Below, one piece after another: positions 19,832-30,670 of a stretch of DNA of 64,000 nt. Origin of the DNA: Candidatus Bathyarchaeia archaeon (GTDB lineage: Archaea; Thermoproteota; Bathyarchaeia; Bathyarchaeales; Bathycorpusculaceae). Position numbers and translations under genes: made by a program. The stretch spans positions 224,001 to 288,000 of the forward strand of contig JAVYWL010000002.1 of NCBI GenBank assembly GCA_038727135.1. Reading direction: 5' to 3'. Under the pieces are notes generated by a model. The model was given only the letters and a program-made list of their open reading frames with translations, was not told the origin of the DNA and did not search any database. Position 1 is the first letter of the stretch; every line of letters begins with the position of its first letter.

Positions 19832-19927
19832 ACATAGACTATTCTAAACACCAATAGCCTAACCAAAAATATAATGGAAAAAGTAATTTGAAATAAGCGT
19901 TACGAAGATTTTTTCTAGAAAATTCCT

Positions 19928-21046
19928 CTAGTCATACAAGCGTTTCCTATCGTTACATATGTGTTTGCTGCAGACCAGAAATGGAATAGTCAACAAAATG
20001 AATATTCCAAGTAGCATGAAATAGCCAAAATAATTCTCCTCGGCGATAAGAAGAACTGTGGGCACGAGATTGACTATTCTTCCAAGCATTAAGCCCACCT
20101 CCATTAGAACTAGGATGCTTGCATAATGTTCTCGACTGAAGGAGTTTCCATAGTGGGCGAACCATGAAATGGTAAAGGCGCTTGCCAAACCAGACAAGGC
20201 GGATAAAAGCACTATCTGCTGTGGTGCGGTGGCATGCCCTATTAGGAAAAACCATACAGCGTTTAGCACAACGCCTATCACGGCGAATTCAACACGTCTC
20301 ATCTTGACGTCTGAAAGCCAGTTAACCAGAAAAGTTATGGCGGAAACCACAAGGCTTGTTAAGGCTAGGACAAAACCCATCCTGGAAGTTGTTTCAGAAA
20401 TCCTATTAATGAAAAGGGGATAAGCCAACCAATAGGCCTCGGACATACCAAAAATTATGAAAGTTATGAAGAAAATGGAGATTCTACGCCCCCTTGGGAT
20501 TAACAAACCATGAGCCTCACGTCTAAACTTCACTCGCGTAAAAAAGATTAAAGCAGCAAAATAAAGAGCCACACACAAGCCCAGAAGAATTGGAAAACCA
20601 AAATTTTCTATGATTAAGCCGCCAACCGCTGGACCGGCAATGCTAGCAATTGATGGAATTATTATGGAGAATAGACTTACTGAACGTGCCCTGACGGTGG
20701 ACTCGCTTAACCTAAACTGTAGGAGATTGAAGCTTGGCCAAAAAGTGGCTATGCCCAACCCATAAGTGACGCCCAAAACCACCGGATTTTTAACATAAAT
20801 TAGAAGTATGTAGAAAACCATTGTGAAGAGCACGCCGAAGCATATCACTCGCTCAAAATTTCTAACAAACCTAAGCAGAGTTATGGGTAAAAGCCCAATT
20901 ATCGTGAAGGTGACCAGTAGCAAAACCGCTATTTGGATAATGCTCAGTCCAAGTGTCACGTAGTAGACTGGCAGGAACATGCTTGTCATGTTGCTGGAAA
21001 AGAAGTATATGAAGGAAGCAACCCCAAGATTTTCAAAATCTCCCAT
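19928..21046 (-). CDS. MFS transporter
   Basis: About 12 hydrophobic helices; IAGPAVGG and NWLSD motifs. Confidence 0.85.
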   Translation of the reverse strand: MGDFENLGVASFIYFFSSNMTSMFLPVYYVTLGLSIIQIAVLLLVTFTIIGLLPITLLRFVRNFERVICFGVLFTMVFYILLIYVKNPVVLGVTYGLGIATFWPSFNLLQFRLSESTVRARSVSLFSIIIPSIASIAGPAVGGLIIENFGFPILLGLCVALYFAALIFFTRVKFRREAHGLLIPRGRRISIFFITFIIFGMSEAYWLAYPLFINRISETTSRMGFVLALTSLVVSAITFLVNWLSDVKMRRVEFAVIGVVLNAVWFFLIGHATAPQQIVLLSALSGLASAFTISWFAHYGNSFSREHYASILVLMEVGLMLGRIVNLVPTVLLIAEENYFGYFMLLGIFILLTIPFLVCSKHICNDRKRLYD

Positions 21047-21075
21047 ATGACTTGAAGCACTCTCATCGTTTGAAC

Positions 21076-21588
21076 CTATTCAAGCAGCTTACTATACCAA
21101 ATGTAGGTTTGGCTCTGCTTGAAACCAAGCTTCTCCATGAAACGCATACCAGCCAAATTCGTGCCCTCCACGTCAACTATGGCTATTCGGGCACCCTTCT
21201 CCTTGAAACGTTTTTCCAACTCGCGGTAAAGCCTCCTTCCAACGCCCTGCCGACGCCGCATACGCTTAACACCAGCCCAAACAAAATAGCCATAAGTCCA
21301 AGGACTAAAAGGACGCCTCAAAATAGTGCCAAGGGCAAAACCAACAATCCTCTTTGAGGCAACATCCTCAGCCACAAGGCATAGTTCCGGATCCGCCTGA
21401 AAAAGAGAAAGCAGCTCATTAACATTCCAAGTGCGGTAAGTGAACTGCAACTGCGAAGGCGTAAAAATCTTTTCGCTTAAGCGCCAGACCTCTGGCAGAT
21501 CTTCCAAAGTCATCTGCCTAATCTCAATTTCAACACGTCTTTTCTCGGCACGTCTACGCTTATGCTTTGAAACTGATTTTTTAGCCAA
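21076..21588 (-). CDS. GNAT acetyltransferase
   Basis: RRRQGVGRRL acetyl-CoA-binding motif and N-x-x-G...KLGF; TTG start after GAAGGGG. Confidence 0.88.
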   Translation of the reverse strand: MAKKSVSKHKRRRAEKRRVEIEIRQMTLEDLPEVWRLSEKIFTPSQLQFTYRTWNVNELLSLFQADPELCLVAEDVASKRIVGFALGTILRRPFSPWTYGYFVWAGVKRMRRRQGVGRRLYRELEKRFKEKGARIAIVDVEGTNLAGMRFMEKLGFKQSQTYIWYSKLLE

Positions 21589-21796
21589 CCTCGCCCCTTC
21601 AAAGCCATAATTTGTATGGAATAGGCAATATAAAACATTCCAAAATTCTATGGATTTCAGCCTACACATGCCAACATTGCTCGGATAATCTAGCAAAATT
21701 GAAATTCACCCAAAATTTCGGAGTAAAATTATGTTATGTTGTAAAAAGAAAAACTAATCTTAAAGGACGATAGCTAACTTCTTGGATGGGCGTGCA

Positions 21797-22024
21797 ATGG
21801 AAGATAAGCTTACAAACTTCAAAGCCAAATACAAACGCTTTTTAAAGGATGGAAGTGGAGACCCCTTAGCCCTAAAAGCAGAGGCAGAAAAACTTCTAAC
21901 TGAAATAAAGGCTAGGGGCAACCAAAACCTTGCAAAAGAGCTTGAAGAGATCCTAATAGACTTAACCTTCGCAGTTGAGGAGACAAAATGCCACTGTCAC
22001 ATGGCGAGCCGCTGCAGATGCTAA
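21797..22024 (+). CDS. Small helical protein with Cys/His-rich C-terminus
   Basis: Ends in KCHCHMASRCRC; standalone ORF filling the gap between convergent/divergent neighbours. Confidence 0.6.
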   Translation: MEDKLTNFKAKYKRFLKDGSGDPLALKAEAEKLLTEIKARGNQNLAKELEEILIDLTFAVEETKCHCHMASRCRC

Positions 22025-22049
22025 AAAGGTAAAAGAGGAAGAAGAGATT

Positions 22050-23615
22050 CTACAAAGTTTCTCTTAAGATTTCGAGGATGTCTCTGACGGCTACTTTTTC
22101 TTCCACTTCCAAAACTTTTATGGCGTCTTCAAGGGTTGTCACGCAGAAGGGACAAGCCACAGCTATAACCTCAGCACCAAGCTCCAAAGCCTCTTTAACA
22201 CGGTTTACGCATGGTCTCTTTTCCGGTTCGGCTTCCTCTGTCCAGACTCTTCCAGCTCCGCCGCCGCAGCAGAAGCTGGCTTCCCTTGTTCGCTTCATTT
22301 CGATAAGCTCTAAACCTTTTATTGATTGTAGAATTTGCCTTGGCTCTTCGTAGATATGGTTTCGCTTGCCCAAGAAGCATGGGTCGTGGTAGGCAACCCG
22401 CTTGTTATAAGGTTTTGTGGGTTTAAGTTTGCCCTTTTCTAGGGCTTCAGCCAAAAACTGCGTGTAGTGCTGAACGTTTAGCGCCAAATCCTTGTAGGGC
22501 TTGTCGTTTTTGAAGGTGTTGTAGCAGTGGGGCGAAACCGTAACAATGCCGTCTGCATTAAACTTCTGGAACACCGCCACATTATGTTCTGCAAGCATTT
22601 CAAACAAACCCTTCTCGCCCATGCGCAGTATGTGGTCTCCACAACACCACTCCTCTTCGCCTAAAGTGGCATAATCAACGCCAAGCCTGTCAAAAATTGT
22701 TGCCATCGTTCTGGCTATTTCCCTGTTCCTAACGTCATAGGCGGTTGAACAGCACGCAAAAAATATAACAGCAGCCCTTGTAACATTTGGATATGTTTTA
22801 ACGGTTAAACCTTCAGCCCAAGCCATCCGTCTACTTTGATGAGTTCCCATTGGATTGTGATATTTCATAACGCTTTCAAGAACATCTTTAACTGTTCTTG
22901 GGATGGCTCCCATTTCTACCAAGAGACTGCGGTCCTCAACCACAGAATTTGCACAATTAACAAGCTTTGGACAGAAAAGCGTGCAAGAATTGCATGAGGT
23001 GCAGAGCCAAACATTATCCGCCATGGGCTTAAGCCTTTCATCCAAGCCCTCATCCCGCGAATCGGCAATAAACCTATAATTGGCTGTCAAAGCCGAAGGT
23101 CCAAGAAACCTTTCATCTATGGCTGCTGGACAAGCAGAATAGCAAATTGAACACTTTGTGCAAAGTGTCAAATCCCAGTACTTTTTAAGGTCTTCAGGCG
23201 ACTGTGTAAACTCTACGGGCTTTTTGAAGGCTTCCGCCGGCTTGATGAGCACTGTTTTGATTTTTCTGAAGTTTTGGAAGAAGGGCTGTATGTCAACCAC
23301 CAAATCCTTAATGACTGGAAGATTTGACAGAGGCTCGATGGTTACCGTGTCGGCGTTTAAGTCTAAAACCTGCGTGTAACATGCCAGCATCGGCTTGCCA
23401 TTAACATTTACTGCGCAGCTTCCGCAGATTCCCATTCTACATGAGTGCCTAAAAGTAAGGGTCTCATCAAAATTCTCCTTAATATAGTTAAGCACATCTA
23501 GGATAGTTGTTCCACGGCGAATTGGCACCTTAAACGTGGAAATGTAACTCCTATTCGTGTCTGAGTCGTATCTGCGAATTCTGAATTCAACAACCTTAAC
23601 AACCTCACCATTCAT
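22050..23615 (-). CDS. Succinate dehydrogenase/fumarate reductase Fe-S subunit fused to two CCG domains (TfrB-like)
   Basis: SCRMGICGSC 2Fe-2S motif, two 4Fe-4S motifs, then WCCG and FCCGGG HdrB/D-type domains. Confidence 0.9.
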   Translation of the reverse strand: MNGEVVKVVEFRIRRYDSDTNRSYISTFKVPIRRGTTILDVLNYIKENFDETLTFRHSCRMGICGSCAVNVNGKPMLACYTQVLDLNADTVTIEPLSNLPVIKDLVVDIQPFFQNFRKIKTVLIKPAEAFKKPVEFTQSPEDLKKYWDLTLCTKCSICYSACPAAIDERFLGPSALTANYRFIADSRDEGLDERLKPMADNVWLCTSCNSCTLFCPKLVNCANSVVEDRSLLVEMGAIPRTVKDVLESVMKYHNPMGTHQSRRMAWAEGLTVKTYPNVTRAAVIFFACCSTAYDVRNREIARTMATIFDRLGVDYATLGEEEWCCGDHILRMGEKGLFEMLAEHNVAVFQKFNADGIVTVSPHCYNTFKNDKPYKDLALNVQHYTQFLAEALEKGKLKPTKPYNKRVAYHDPCFLGKRNHIYEEPRQILQSIKGLELIEMKRTREASFCCGGGAGRVWTEEAEPEKRPCVNRVKEALELGAEVIAVACPFCVTTLEDAIKVLEVEEKVAVRDILEILRETL

Positions 23616-23628
23616 GTACACTTCCCTC

Positions 23629-25329
23629 CTAATACTTTCTGGCGGCAGGCTGCCACTTCGTAATCGTAACTGGAATGTAGTCAAGTCTTGGTCCATCCAC
23701 GGTATAATATGCCAGTGTGTGGACAAGCCACTTCTCGTCGTCGCGGTTTGGATAGTCAAGCCTTGAGTGAGCGCCCCGTGACTCGGTTCTCGCCAACGCG
23801 CTTATAATTGTGACTTCAGCCAAGTCCAACATAAAGTCAAGCTGGAGGGCAGCTGTTAACCCCGTGTTGAAGGTTTTGCCCTTATCCTCAACCTTTATGT
23901 GTTTAAAGCGCTCCTTAAGCGCTCTAATCTCTTTTAAGGCGCCTTTCAGTTCCTCGCCTGTTCTGAAAATCCAAACTTTAGTGTTCATAAGCCTCCTCAT
24001 CTCATCCCTCAATTGTGGGACTCTCTCGCTGCCTTCGCTTCCAAGGATTCCATCGAAAACCCGCTTCTCTTCGGCTAAAGCCTTCCCCTCTGGAAATTCG
24101 TGGAAACTGGCAGACATGGCGTACTTTGCCGCTTCTTCCCCGGCGACGGCTCCAAAAACTAGGCATTCAGCCGTCGAGTTTGTTCCAAGCCTGTTGGCGC
24201 CATGAAGGCTTAAACATGAGCACTCGCCAGCAGCATACAAACCCCTAATTGGCGTCTCGGTTCTTATGTTGGCTCTAATCCCGCCCATAGAATAGTGGGC
24301 TGCCGGACGAATCGGTATAGGCTCCTTAACGGGGTCAACCCCGGCAAGCTTTATGGCGACATCTCTTATGAGCGGTAGCCTCTCGTTAATCTTCTCCTCG
24401 CCTAAGTGTCTAAGGTCCAAAGCAATGTATGGTCCATAAGGGCCTTGGAAGGCTCTCCCTTCGAGGATTTCTGTTTGCTCAGCCCTTGAAACCACGTCGC
24501 GGGGAGCCAACTCCATCTTTTCCGGGGCATAGCGCTTCATGAAGCGCTCTCCAAGGGCATTATATAGGTAGCCGCCCTCGCCCCGCGCGCCTTCGGTGAT
24601 CAGCACGCCCGACGGCACCAAGCCTGTTGGGTGGAACTGGACAAACTCCATATCTTCAAGAGGCGCGCCAGCCCGATAAGCCATCGCCATGCCGTCGCCC
24701 GTTGTTGTGTGGGAGAAGGTAGTAAACTCGTAAATGCGCTCGTGTCCGCCAGTAGCCATCACAACAGCCTTAGCCTTAAAGGCATGCATCTCTCCTGTTT
24801 TCAACTCTATGGCTGTTAAGCCCACTACGGCATCATCTTCAACTATTAGCGAAGTGGCAAACCACTCGTCATAAAACTTAACATTGTCGTAGGTTGTGGC
24901 TTTCCCATACAGCGTGTGCATCTCGTGAAAACCAGTCATGTCAGCCGCGAAGCAAGCCCTTGGATACGTATGTCCGCCAAAGGGGCGCTGGTCTATTTTC
25001 CCATCCGGTGTGCGGCTCCATGGACAACCCCAATGCTCCATCAAAATGATTTCTTTGGGGGCTTGCCTAACAAAGAATCCCACAACATCCTGATCCGCTA
25101 GGTAATCAGCACCCTTCACGGTGTCAAAGGCGTGCAGGTCGAAAGAGTCCTTTTCCCGCATGACAGCGGCTGTTCCACCCTGCGCACAAACAGAATGCGA
25201 CCGTAACGGGTGAAGCTTTGAAATAACCGCTATGTCCAGCTTGTTGCTGAACTCTGCGGCTGCAACGGCAGCCCTCAAACCAGCCAAGCCCGCGCCAACA
25301 ATAACTATATCATGGGTGTGCTTCTCCAT
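23629..25329 (-). CDS. sdhA: Succinate dehydrogenase/fumarate reductase flavoprotein
   Basis: [35 protein letters not shown] and HGANRLG motifs. Confidence 0.93.
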   Translation of the reverse strand: MEKHTHDIVIVGAGLAGLRAAVAAAEFSNKLDIAVISKLHPLRSHSVCAQGGTAAVMREKDSFDLHAFDTVKGADYLADQDVVGFFVRQAPKEIILMEHWGCPWSRTPDGKIDQRPFGGHTYPRACFAADMTGFHEMHTLYGKATTYDNVKFYDEWFATSLIVEDDAVVGLTAIELKTGEMHAFKAKAVVMATGGHERIYEFTTFSHTTTGDGMAMAYRAGAPLEDMEFVQFHPTGLVPSGVLITEGARGEGGYLYNALGERFMKRYAPEKMELAPRDVVSRAEQTEILEGRAFQGPYGPYIALDLRHLGEEKINERLPLIRDVAIKLAGVDPVKEPIPIRPAAHYSMGGIRANIRTETPIRGLYAAGECSCLSLHGANRLGTNSTAECLVFGAVAGEEAAKYAMSASFHEFPEGKALAEEKRVFDGILGSEGSERVPQLRDEMRRLMNTKVWIFRTGEELKGALKEIRALKERFKHIKVEDKGKTFNTGLTAALQLDFMLDLAEVTIISALARTESRGAHSRLDYPNRDDEKWLVHTLAYYTVDGPRLDYIPVTITKWQPAARKY

Positions 25330-25482
25330 TAACGATACCATCCAAACTTAAGGAATAGGAATACCCTAGTTTAATCTTCTAGCCTTTATATTTTTCCAGA
25401 GCAAACCCAAATGTTTAAACTTATTTTAAGGCGAAGCCAATAAACTGTTAAAAGCCACTCTTGGCTAGTTAAAGGGCGGGAA

Positions 25483-26994
25483 ATGTTCAACAAGGTTTTA
25501 GTCGCCAACAGAGGAGAAATCGCCTTAAGAGTGATTAGGGCATGCCGGGAACTCGGCGTTAAAACGGTCGCTGTCTACTCAGAGGCGGACACCGACTCGC
25601 TTCATGTTCAGTATGCCGACGAATGCTATTTTATAGGCGCAGCGGAGCCAAGCCAAAGCTACCTAAACATAGAAAAAATAATTGAGATAGCCAAAAAATC
25701 TGGTTGCGAAGCCATCCATCCAGGATACGGCTTTCTATCCCAAATTCCAGCCTTTGCAGAAGCATGTGCAAAAAATGGTTTAGAGTTTATTGGTCCTCCA
25801 GCCGAAGTTTTGAGGCGGATGGGGAATAAGGTTGAGGCTAGAAAGGCTGCGGCAGAAGCTGGAGTGCCAGTTATCCCCGGAAGCCTAAAACCCGCCAAAA
25901 GCCCGGAAGAAGCCTTAGAAATAGCCGAGAAGGTTGGTTATCCAGTTTTGGTTAAGGCTGTTTACGGAGGCGGCGGGAAAGGCATGCGCCTCGTCAAAAA
26001 CGAGGCTGAAATGCGCCGCGTTTTGGAAACCGCCGCCTTGGAGGCAGAATCCTCCTTCGGAAGACGCGAAATTTATGTGGAAAAGTTTCTTCCAAGGGCT
26101 AGGCACATAGAATTCCAAATACTAGCAGATAAGAAGGGGAGGGTCATCCACCTAGGCGAAAGGGAATGCTCAATCCAAAGGCGATATCAGAAACTCATTG
26201 AGGAGACGCCTTCGCCCCTCATGACTGCGGAACTGCGGAAGGAGATGGGCGCATCCGCGATAAGAATCGCGAAAGCCATAAACTACGTTAATGCTGGAAC
26301 TGTTGAGTTCCTTGTAGACCAGAATGGCAACTACTACTTTTTAGAGATGAACACTAGGCTTCAGGTGGAGCACTTGATAACTGAAATGGTGACGGGCATA
26401 GACATAGTCAAAGAGCAAATAAGAATCGCAGCCGGCGAAAAACTTGCCTACAGCCAGAGGGACGTGAAAATCCGTGGACATGCCATAAACTGCCGTATAA
26501 ACGCTGAAGACCCCTACGAAAACTTTGCGCCATCACCGGGAACAGTCACAAACTTGCGTTTGCCAGGCGGTCCTGGAGTTAGGGTTGACACCCACCTTTA
26601 CGCTGGCTACATGGTGTCAGTCTTCTACGATCCCTTGATTGCCAAGCTTGCTGTTTGGGGTTTAAGCCGCTTAGAAGCCGTAAAGAGGGCGCGTAACGCC
26701 TTAGACGAATTTGTGATAGAGGGAGTTAAAACCACAATCCCACTGCATAAGAGGATAATGGAGGATGAAGATTTCTTAAGAGGAGATATCCACATAAACT
26801 TTGTCGACGAAAGGATTGAAAAGCTTCTTCCAAAGAAAGCCTTAACGGATGAGGAGGTAGCCGCCCTTACCGCTTTTCTGGCAAATCAAATAGCTGAAGC
26901 CAAAGTTAAGGCACTAATTCCAAGACGTGAACAAGGGAGAGTTTCCCTTTGGAAGCTTGCCGGCAGATGTAGGGGGCTGAGGCGAACCTTTTGA
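25483..26994 (+). CDS. accC: Biotin carboxylase subunit
   Basis: ANRGEIA, HPGYGFLS, GGGGKGM, ERECSIQRR and EMNTRLQVEH motifs; extra C-terminal tail. Confidence 0.95.
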   Translation: MFNKVLVANRGEIALRVIRACRELGVKTVAVYSEADTDSLHVQYADECYFIGAAEPSQSYLNIEKIIEIAKKSGCEAIHPGYGFLSQIPAFAEACAKNGLEFIGPPAEVLRRMGNKVEARKAAAEAGVPVIPGSLKPAKSPEEALEIAEKVGYPVLVKAVYGGGGKGMRLVKNEAEMRRVLETAALEAESSFGRREIYVEKFLPRARHIEFQILADKKGRVIHLGERECSIQRRYQKLIEETPSPLMTAELRKEMGASAIRIAKAINYVNAGTVEFLVDQNGNYYFLEMNTRLQVEHLITEMVTGIDIVKEQIRIAAGEKLAYSQRDVKIRGHAINCRINAEDPYENFAPSPGTVTNLRLPGGPGVRVDTHLYAGYMVSVFYDPLIAKLAVWGLSRLEAVKRARNALDEFVIEGVKTTIPLHKRIMEDEDFLRGDIHINFVDERIEKLLPKKALTDEEVAALTAFLANQIAEAKVKALIPRREQGRVSLWKLAGRCRGLRRTF

Positions 26995-27530
26995 AAGTCC
27001 ACGAAGTTTTAGTGAACAATAAAGCGTACAATGTTAAGGTTTTGAAAAGGGAAAATAACACTTTCCTAGTTGATGTTAACGGAAAAACAGTTGAGGTTAA
27101 ATTTGCAAATTCTGGCGGCGGAAAACTTTCCTTGGAAATAAACAGCGAAAAATTTTTGGCAGAGCTTTTGAGGCTATCCGGGAACATTATGCGGGTTAAG
27201 GTTGGCGGGAAAGTCTTCGAAGTTCAATATCCCACCCCAACCTCTAAACCGGAAACTTCAAAAATTGAGCCGCTTCCAGCACTTTCTAAAAAGCCTGCTG
27301 TTAGCCTTATCGTTGGGAAGGATGCCGTTTTAGCCCCTATAGCAGGAAGGATTGTAGCGTTAAAGGTTGGCGTTGGACAGAAAGTCTCCAAGGGAGATTG
27401 CGTGTGCATTTTGGAAGCTATGAAGATGGCGAATGAGGTTGCAGCGCCAAAAGACGGTGTTGTTAAAGAAGTCCTCGTCTCTGAAGGGGCTGTTGTGAAC
27501 AAAGGAGATGTTTTAGCAGTTATCGCCTAG
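26991..27530 (+). CDS. Biotin carboxyl carrier protein 1 (N-terminal beta domain plus biotinyl domain)
   Basis: EAMKM biotinylation motif. Confidence 0.92.
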   Translation: MKVHEVLVNNKAYNVKVLKRENNTFLVDVNGKTVEVKFANSGGGKLSLEINSEKFLAELLRLSGNIMRVKVGGKVFEVQYPTPTSKPETSKIEPLPALSKKPAVSLIVGKDAVLAPIAGRIVALKVGVGQKVSKGDCVCILEAMKMANEVAAPKDGVVKEVLVSEGAVVNKGDVLAVIA

Positions 27531-27596
27531 AAACTTTTTATAACAAGGGATGATTGCATTTAACCCTCAAGCAATAAACTGGAGTTGAGATGGCAC

Positions 27597-27998
27597 ATGT
27601 TTATTGGAATGGACCATGTTGGAGTGGCTGTTAAAAATCTGGATGAGGCTATTAGCGTTTACCGTGATATCCTTGGCTTCAAGCTTTTAGGCGTTCACGT
27701 CCTGACAGAGCGGAAGGTTAAGGTGGCCTTCCTATCCGCTGGTGGCGAAACCCAAATTGAGCTTCTAGAGCCTTTGGGCAGCGATAGTCCGGTTGCAAAA
27801 TTCCTTGAAAGCCGAGGTGAAGGAATTCATCACATAGCCATAAAAGTAGATGATATCGAAAGGGCTTTAGAGGAGCTTAAAGGGAAGGGTGTTATGCTTG
27901 TTGATGAAAAGCCTAGAACTGGTGCCGAGGGGAAGAAGATAGTCTTTGTCCACCCTAAAAGCACAAAGGGTGTTCTATTGGAACTCGTGATGGTTTAA
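27597..27998 (+). CDS. mce: Methylmalonyl-CoA epimerase
   Basis: [15 protein letters not shown] and [14 protein letters not shown] motifs. Confidence 0.92.
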   Translation: MFIGMDHVGVAVKNLDEAISVYRDILGFKLLGVHVLTERKVKVAFLSAGGETQIELLEPLGSDSPVAKFLESRGEGIHHIAIKVDDIERALEELKGKGVMLVDEKPRTGAEGKKIVFVHPKSTKGVLLELVMV

Positions 27999-28047
27999 AG
28001 CGCATAAATCGGAGTTTCACTGGACACTTGTCGGGGGCTGAAGCCTT

Positions 28048-29170
28048 CTGCGTCCCTTAAAAACGGTTCTCGTCATCCAGTCTTTCCACTCCTTTACCAG
28101 CGGCATCCTCGGAGTCGTAATCCCCTTAATAATGGAGGAGAGACGCATAGACATAGTCCTAATAGGCTTTGTTTTCGCAGCTATGCCCCTAATAATGCAA
28201 CTTGGCAGAATGTTCTTCGCCACCCTTTCAGACTTTTTTGGAAGGAAGCCCTTCTTTATGGCGAACGGATTCTTAGGCACCATATCAAGCCTCATCTACT
28301 ATTTTGCCCACACTCCAATGGAGTTCCTCTTCGGAAAAGTTGCAGAGGGAACAAAGGAGGGCGCCATATGGGCTGTAAATAGGGCCTATATTCTAGAAAG
28401 AAGCAAGGGGAACTGGAGGATTCTTGTCAACCTAAGAACGGTTGTTTATGTTGCCTACGCCGTCGGCAGCCTCATAGCCGGATTTCTAGCGGCACTAGTC
28501 CTATATGAGGGGACGATGATTTTATGCGCCCTTTTAGGCGTTCTGGGATTTCTCCTCTCCTTCACATTAACTGATGAAAGGAAGGGCGAATTCACCACAG
28601 GACAAGCCTTACGTTTCCTTGACTTTAGGAGGAAGGGGCGAAAGTTCAAAATTTTCCTATTCCTATTCTTTACAATGGGCTTGGCCTTTGGCTTCCGCTC
28701 CGGATATGTCATACCATGTTTCCTAAACAATGTTGGCTTTTCCCCAGAAAATGTTGGACTGGTTTTTGGCACCATGATTCTTACGGCAGGCTTGTCCTCG
28801 TACATCTTCTCCAAATATCGCGACGTGAAAAGACTCATTCTAACAAGCGGAATAATCTATTCGGCTCTTTTAATCCCCCTAGGGTTTTCCCCCCGCTATT
28901 CTCGCCGCCGTCCTAGTGGTGGCTGTTGGCTTCGCCGAGGGGATGAACAGTGTGGGACAAGAGGGAATACTATCAAAAATTTGCGAAAAGGAGTCTTATG
29001 GGACCGACATCGGCCTGCTTATGATGGGGCTCCACTTGGGCGAGTCGGCGAGCCTAGCCCTAAGCGGCATACTAATCGCCAACTGGGGCTTCACAGCGTC
29101 CTTTGTTCTGGCAGCCACAATATACGCAGCCTTCTACATCGGCGCCTTCGCATTATATGGGGAGAAATAG
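28048..29170 (+). pseudogene. MFS transporter interrupted by a +1 frameshift in a C6 run
   Basis: LSDFFGRK motif A; removing one C at 28889-28894 restores FSPAILAAVLVVAVGFAEG...ALYGEK with stop at 29170; start uncertain (CTG 28048 or ATG 28132). Confidence 0.78.
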
Positions 29171-29172
29171 CC

Positions 29173-29991
29173 TTGCCCACAAACATAAAAGTGGAAAAAC
29201 TTCAAGAAGGGCTGAAAACAAGGCTTGTCGGAAAATACATTTTCTTCGCCCACGAAGTCGGCTCAACCAACGATTGGGCTAAGGAGCTGGCAGAACTCGG
29301 CGCCCCAGAAGGCACAGTTGCCGTAGCCGAAACCCAAACCTCTGGGCGGGGAAGACTTGGCAGAAAATGGATTTCACCAAAAGGAGGCTTATGGTTCTCA
29401 ATAATTCTTAAGCCAAAGCTTAAGCCACCGGAAACCGTCAAACTTGTGTTTTTGGCAGGCTTAGCCGTTGCAGAAACCCTACGCGAATTGTATAGCTTGA
29501 AGGCTGAAACAAAATGGCCCAACGATGTTGTGGTGAATGGGCGGAAGGTTTGCGGCATCCTCTCAGAAATGAAAACCATAGGAGAAAAAGTTGATTACAC
29601 AATAATTGGCGTAGGCGTAAACGCCAACATTGACGTTGAAAAAGAATTTCCGAAAGAGCTTAGCGAAACAGCAACTTCCCTCCAAAAAGCCTTAGGCAGA
29701 AAAATCTCCCTAGAAGAGCTTTTCAAGGCTTTGCTGGAGAAAATGGACAGCCTTTATCAAATCTTCCTTAAAGAAGGATTCACGCCAATTTTGAAGGAAT
29801 GGAAAAGCTTCGCATCTTTTCTAGGCTGCGAAGTGGAAGTCTCCAGCGATGGTGAGAGGCTTAAAGGTGTAGCTTCTGATGTTGATGGGAACGGGGCGCT
29901 GGTTTTAAGGTTTGAAGATGGTTCTGTAAAACGTGTTTTCTTTGGAGATGTTTCCCTGCGATGTTTGAAATTAAAACCACATGGACTTTGA
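29173..29991 (+). CDS. birA: Biotin-protein ligase (no HTH domain)
   Basis: STND, QTSGRGRLGRKW, KWPND and KVCGIL motifs; own TTG start at 29173. Confidence 0.92.
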   Translation: MPTNIKVEKLQEGLKTRLVGKYIFFAHEVGSTNDWAKELAELGAPEGTVAVAETQTSGRGRLGRKWISPKGGLWFSIILKPKLKPPETVKLVFLAGLAVAETLRELYSLKAETKWPNDVVVNGRKVCGILSEMKTIGEKVDYTIIGVGVNANIDVEKEFPKELSETATSLQKALGRKISLEELFKALLEKMDSLYQIFLKEGFTPILKEWKSFASFLGCEVEVSSDGERLKGVASDVDGNGALVLRFEDGSVKRVFFGDVSLRCLKLKPHGL

Positions 29992-30388
29992 ATATTCAAT
30001 GTATTTTTGTATGATATTTGTTACGACGTTTTCTTCAACTGTGCTGGGTGAATAGCGTGCGCATAAATGGAAAACTTGTATTCTGTTATCATTGAAAATT
30101 TTGGAGATCTGTGTTCGCAATCCTACATGCCTACTTTCAAGACGTATGAACTGATTAGCGATTTCCTTAAGTTCGGACTCGAGAGCTCTTTTCCGTTCCT
30201 CTAACGCTTTGATTTTTTTGTAGGAGTTGTTCCTCTGAGTAGGGGGACGCTATTCCAAGATGTATAACCTTCTGAATAAATGCGGCGTTGCCCACTGAAA
30301 CTTTCAGCTTTTCGGCGGGTTCTAAAATCCCACAGCTTCCATTCACATATATCGCTTTCTGGTTCCTCTTTAGTTCAACTTTAACCAA
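29971..30388 (-). pseudogene. Coiled-coil protein with an apparent +1 frameshift in an A7 run (gene 4 of the riboswitch operon)
   Basis: Removing one base at 30213-30219 extends the 73-aa ORF to about 138 aa: QKIKALEERKRALESELKEIANQFIRLE...KSMWF, stop at 29971. Confidence 0.65.
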
Positions 30389-30394
30389 AACTGG

Positions 30395-30670
30395 TCACAC
30401 CTTTCTGTTTAAAATGTTTTCAAGTTTTTTCTGATCTTCAATCAACTCGTTCAGCATTCTTTCCTCTCTTTTTATGTCATCTGGCAGCTCCGCTATCCGC
30501 TTCCTTAAATATGCTATCCTATCTTCAAGAGACTGCACTTCCTGTGCAAGAAATTGAATCTTAAGCGTGAGCAACCCTTTACGGATTATTTCTTCCGCTT
30601 GGTTTCCAAGTTTTTCATATAACCGTGCCGGAATGATAATCTTAACACGTTTATCTTCACCCTTACTCAT
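30395..30670 (-). CDS. Small protein, possible RHH-like N-terminus plus coiled coil
   Basis: KRVKIIIPARLYEKL followed by a heptad-like segment; its ATG directly follows the upstream TAG. Confidence 0.7.
   Translation of the reverse strand: MSKGEDKRVKIIIPARLYEKLGNQAEEIIRKGLLTLKIQFLAQEVQSLEDRIAYLRKRIAELPDDIKREERMLNELIEDQKKLENILNRKV

Noticed and set aside
28132-29991. Novel 619-aa transporter-biotin ligase fusion
   Set aside because: The linker is out-of-frame sequence; the MFS C-terminus is in another frame and birA has its own start
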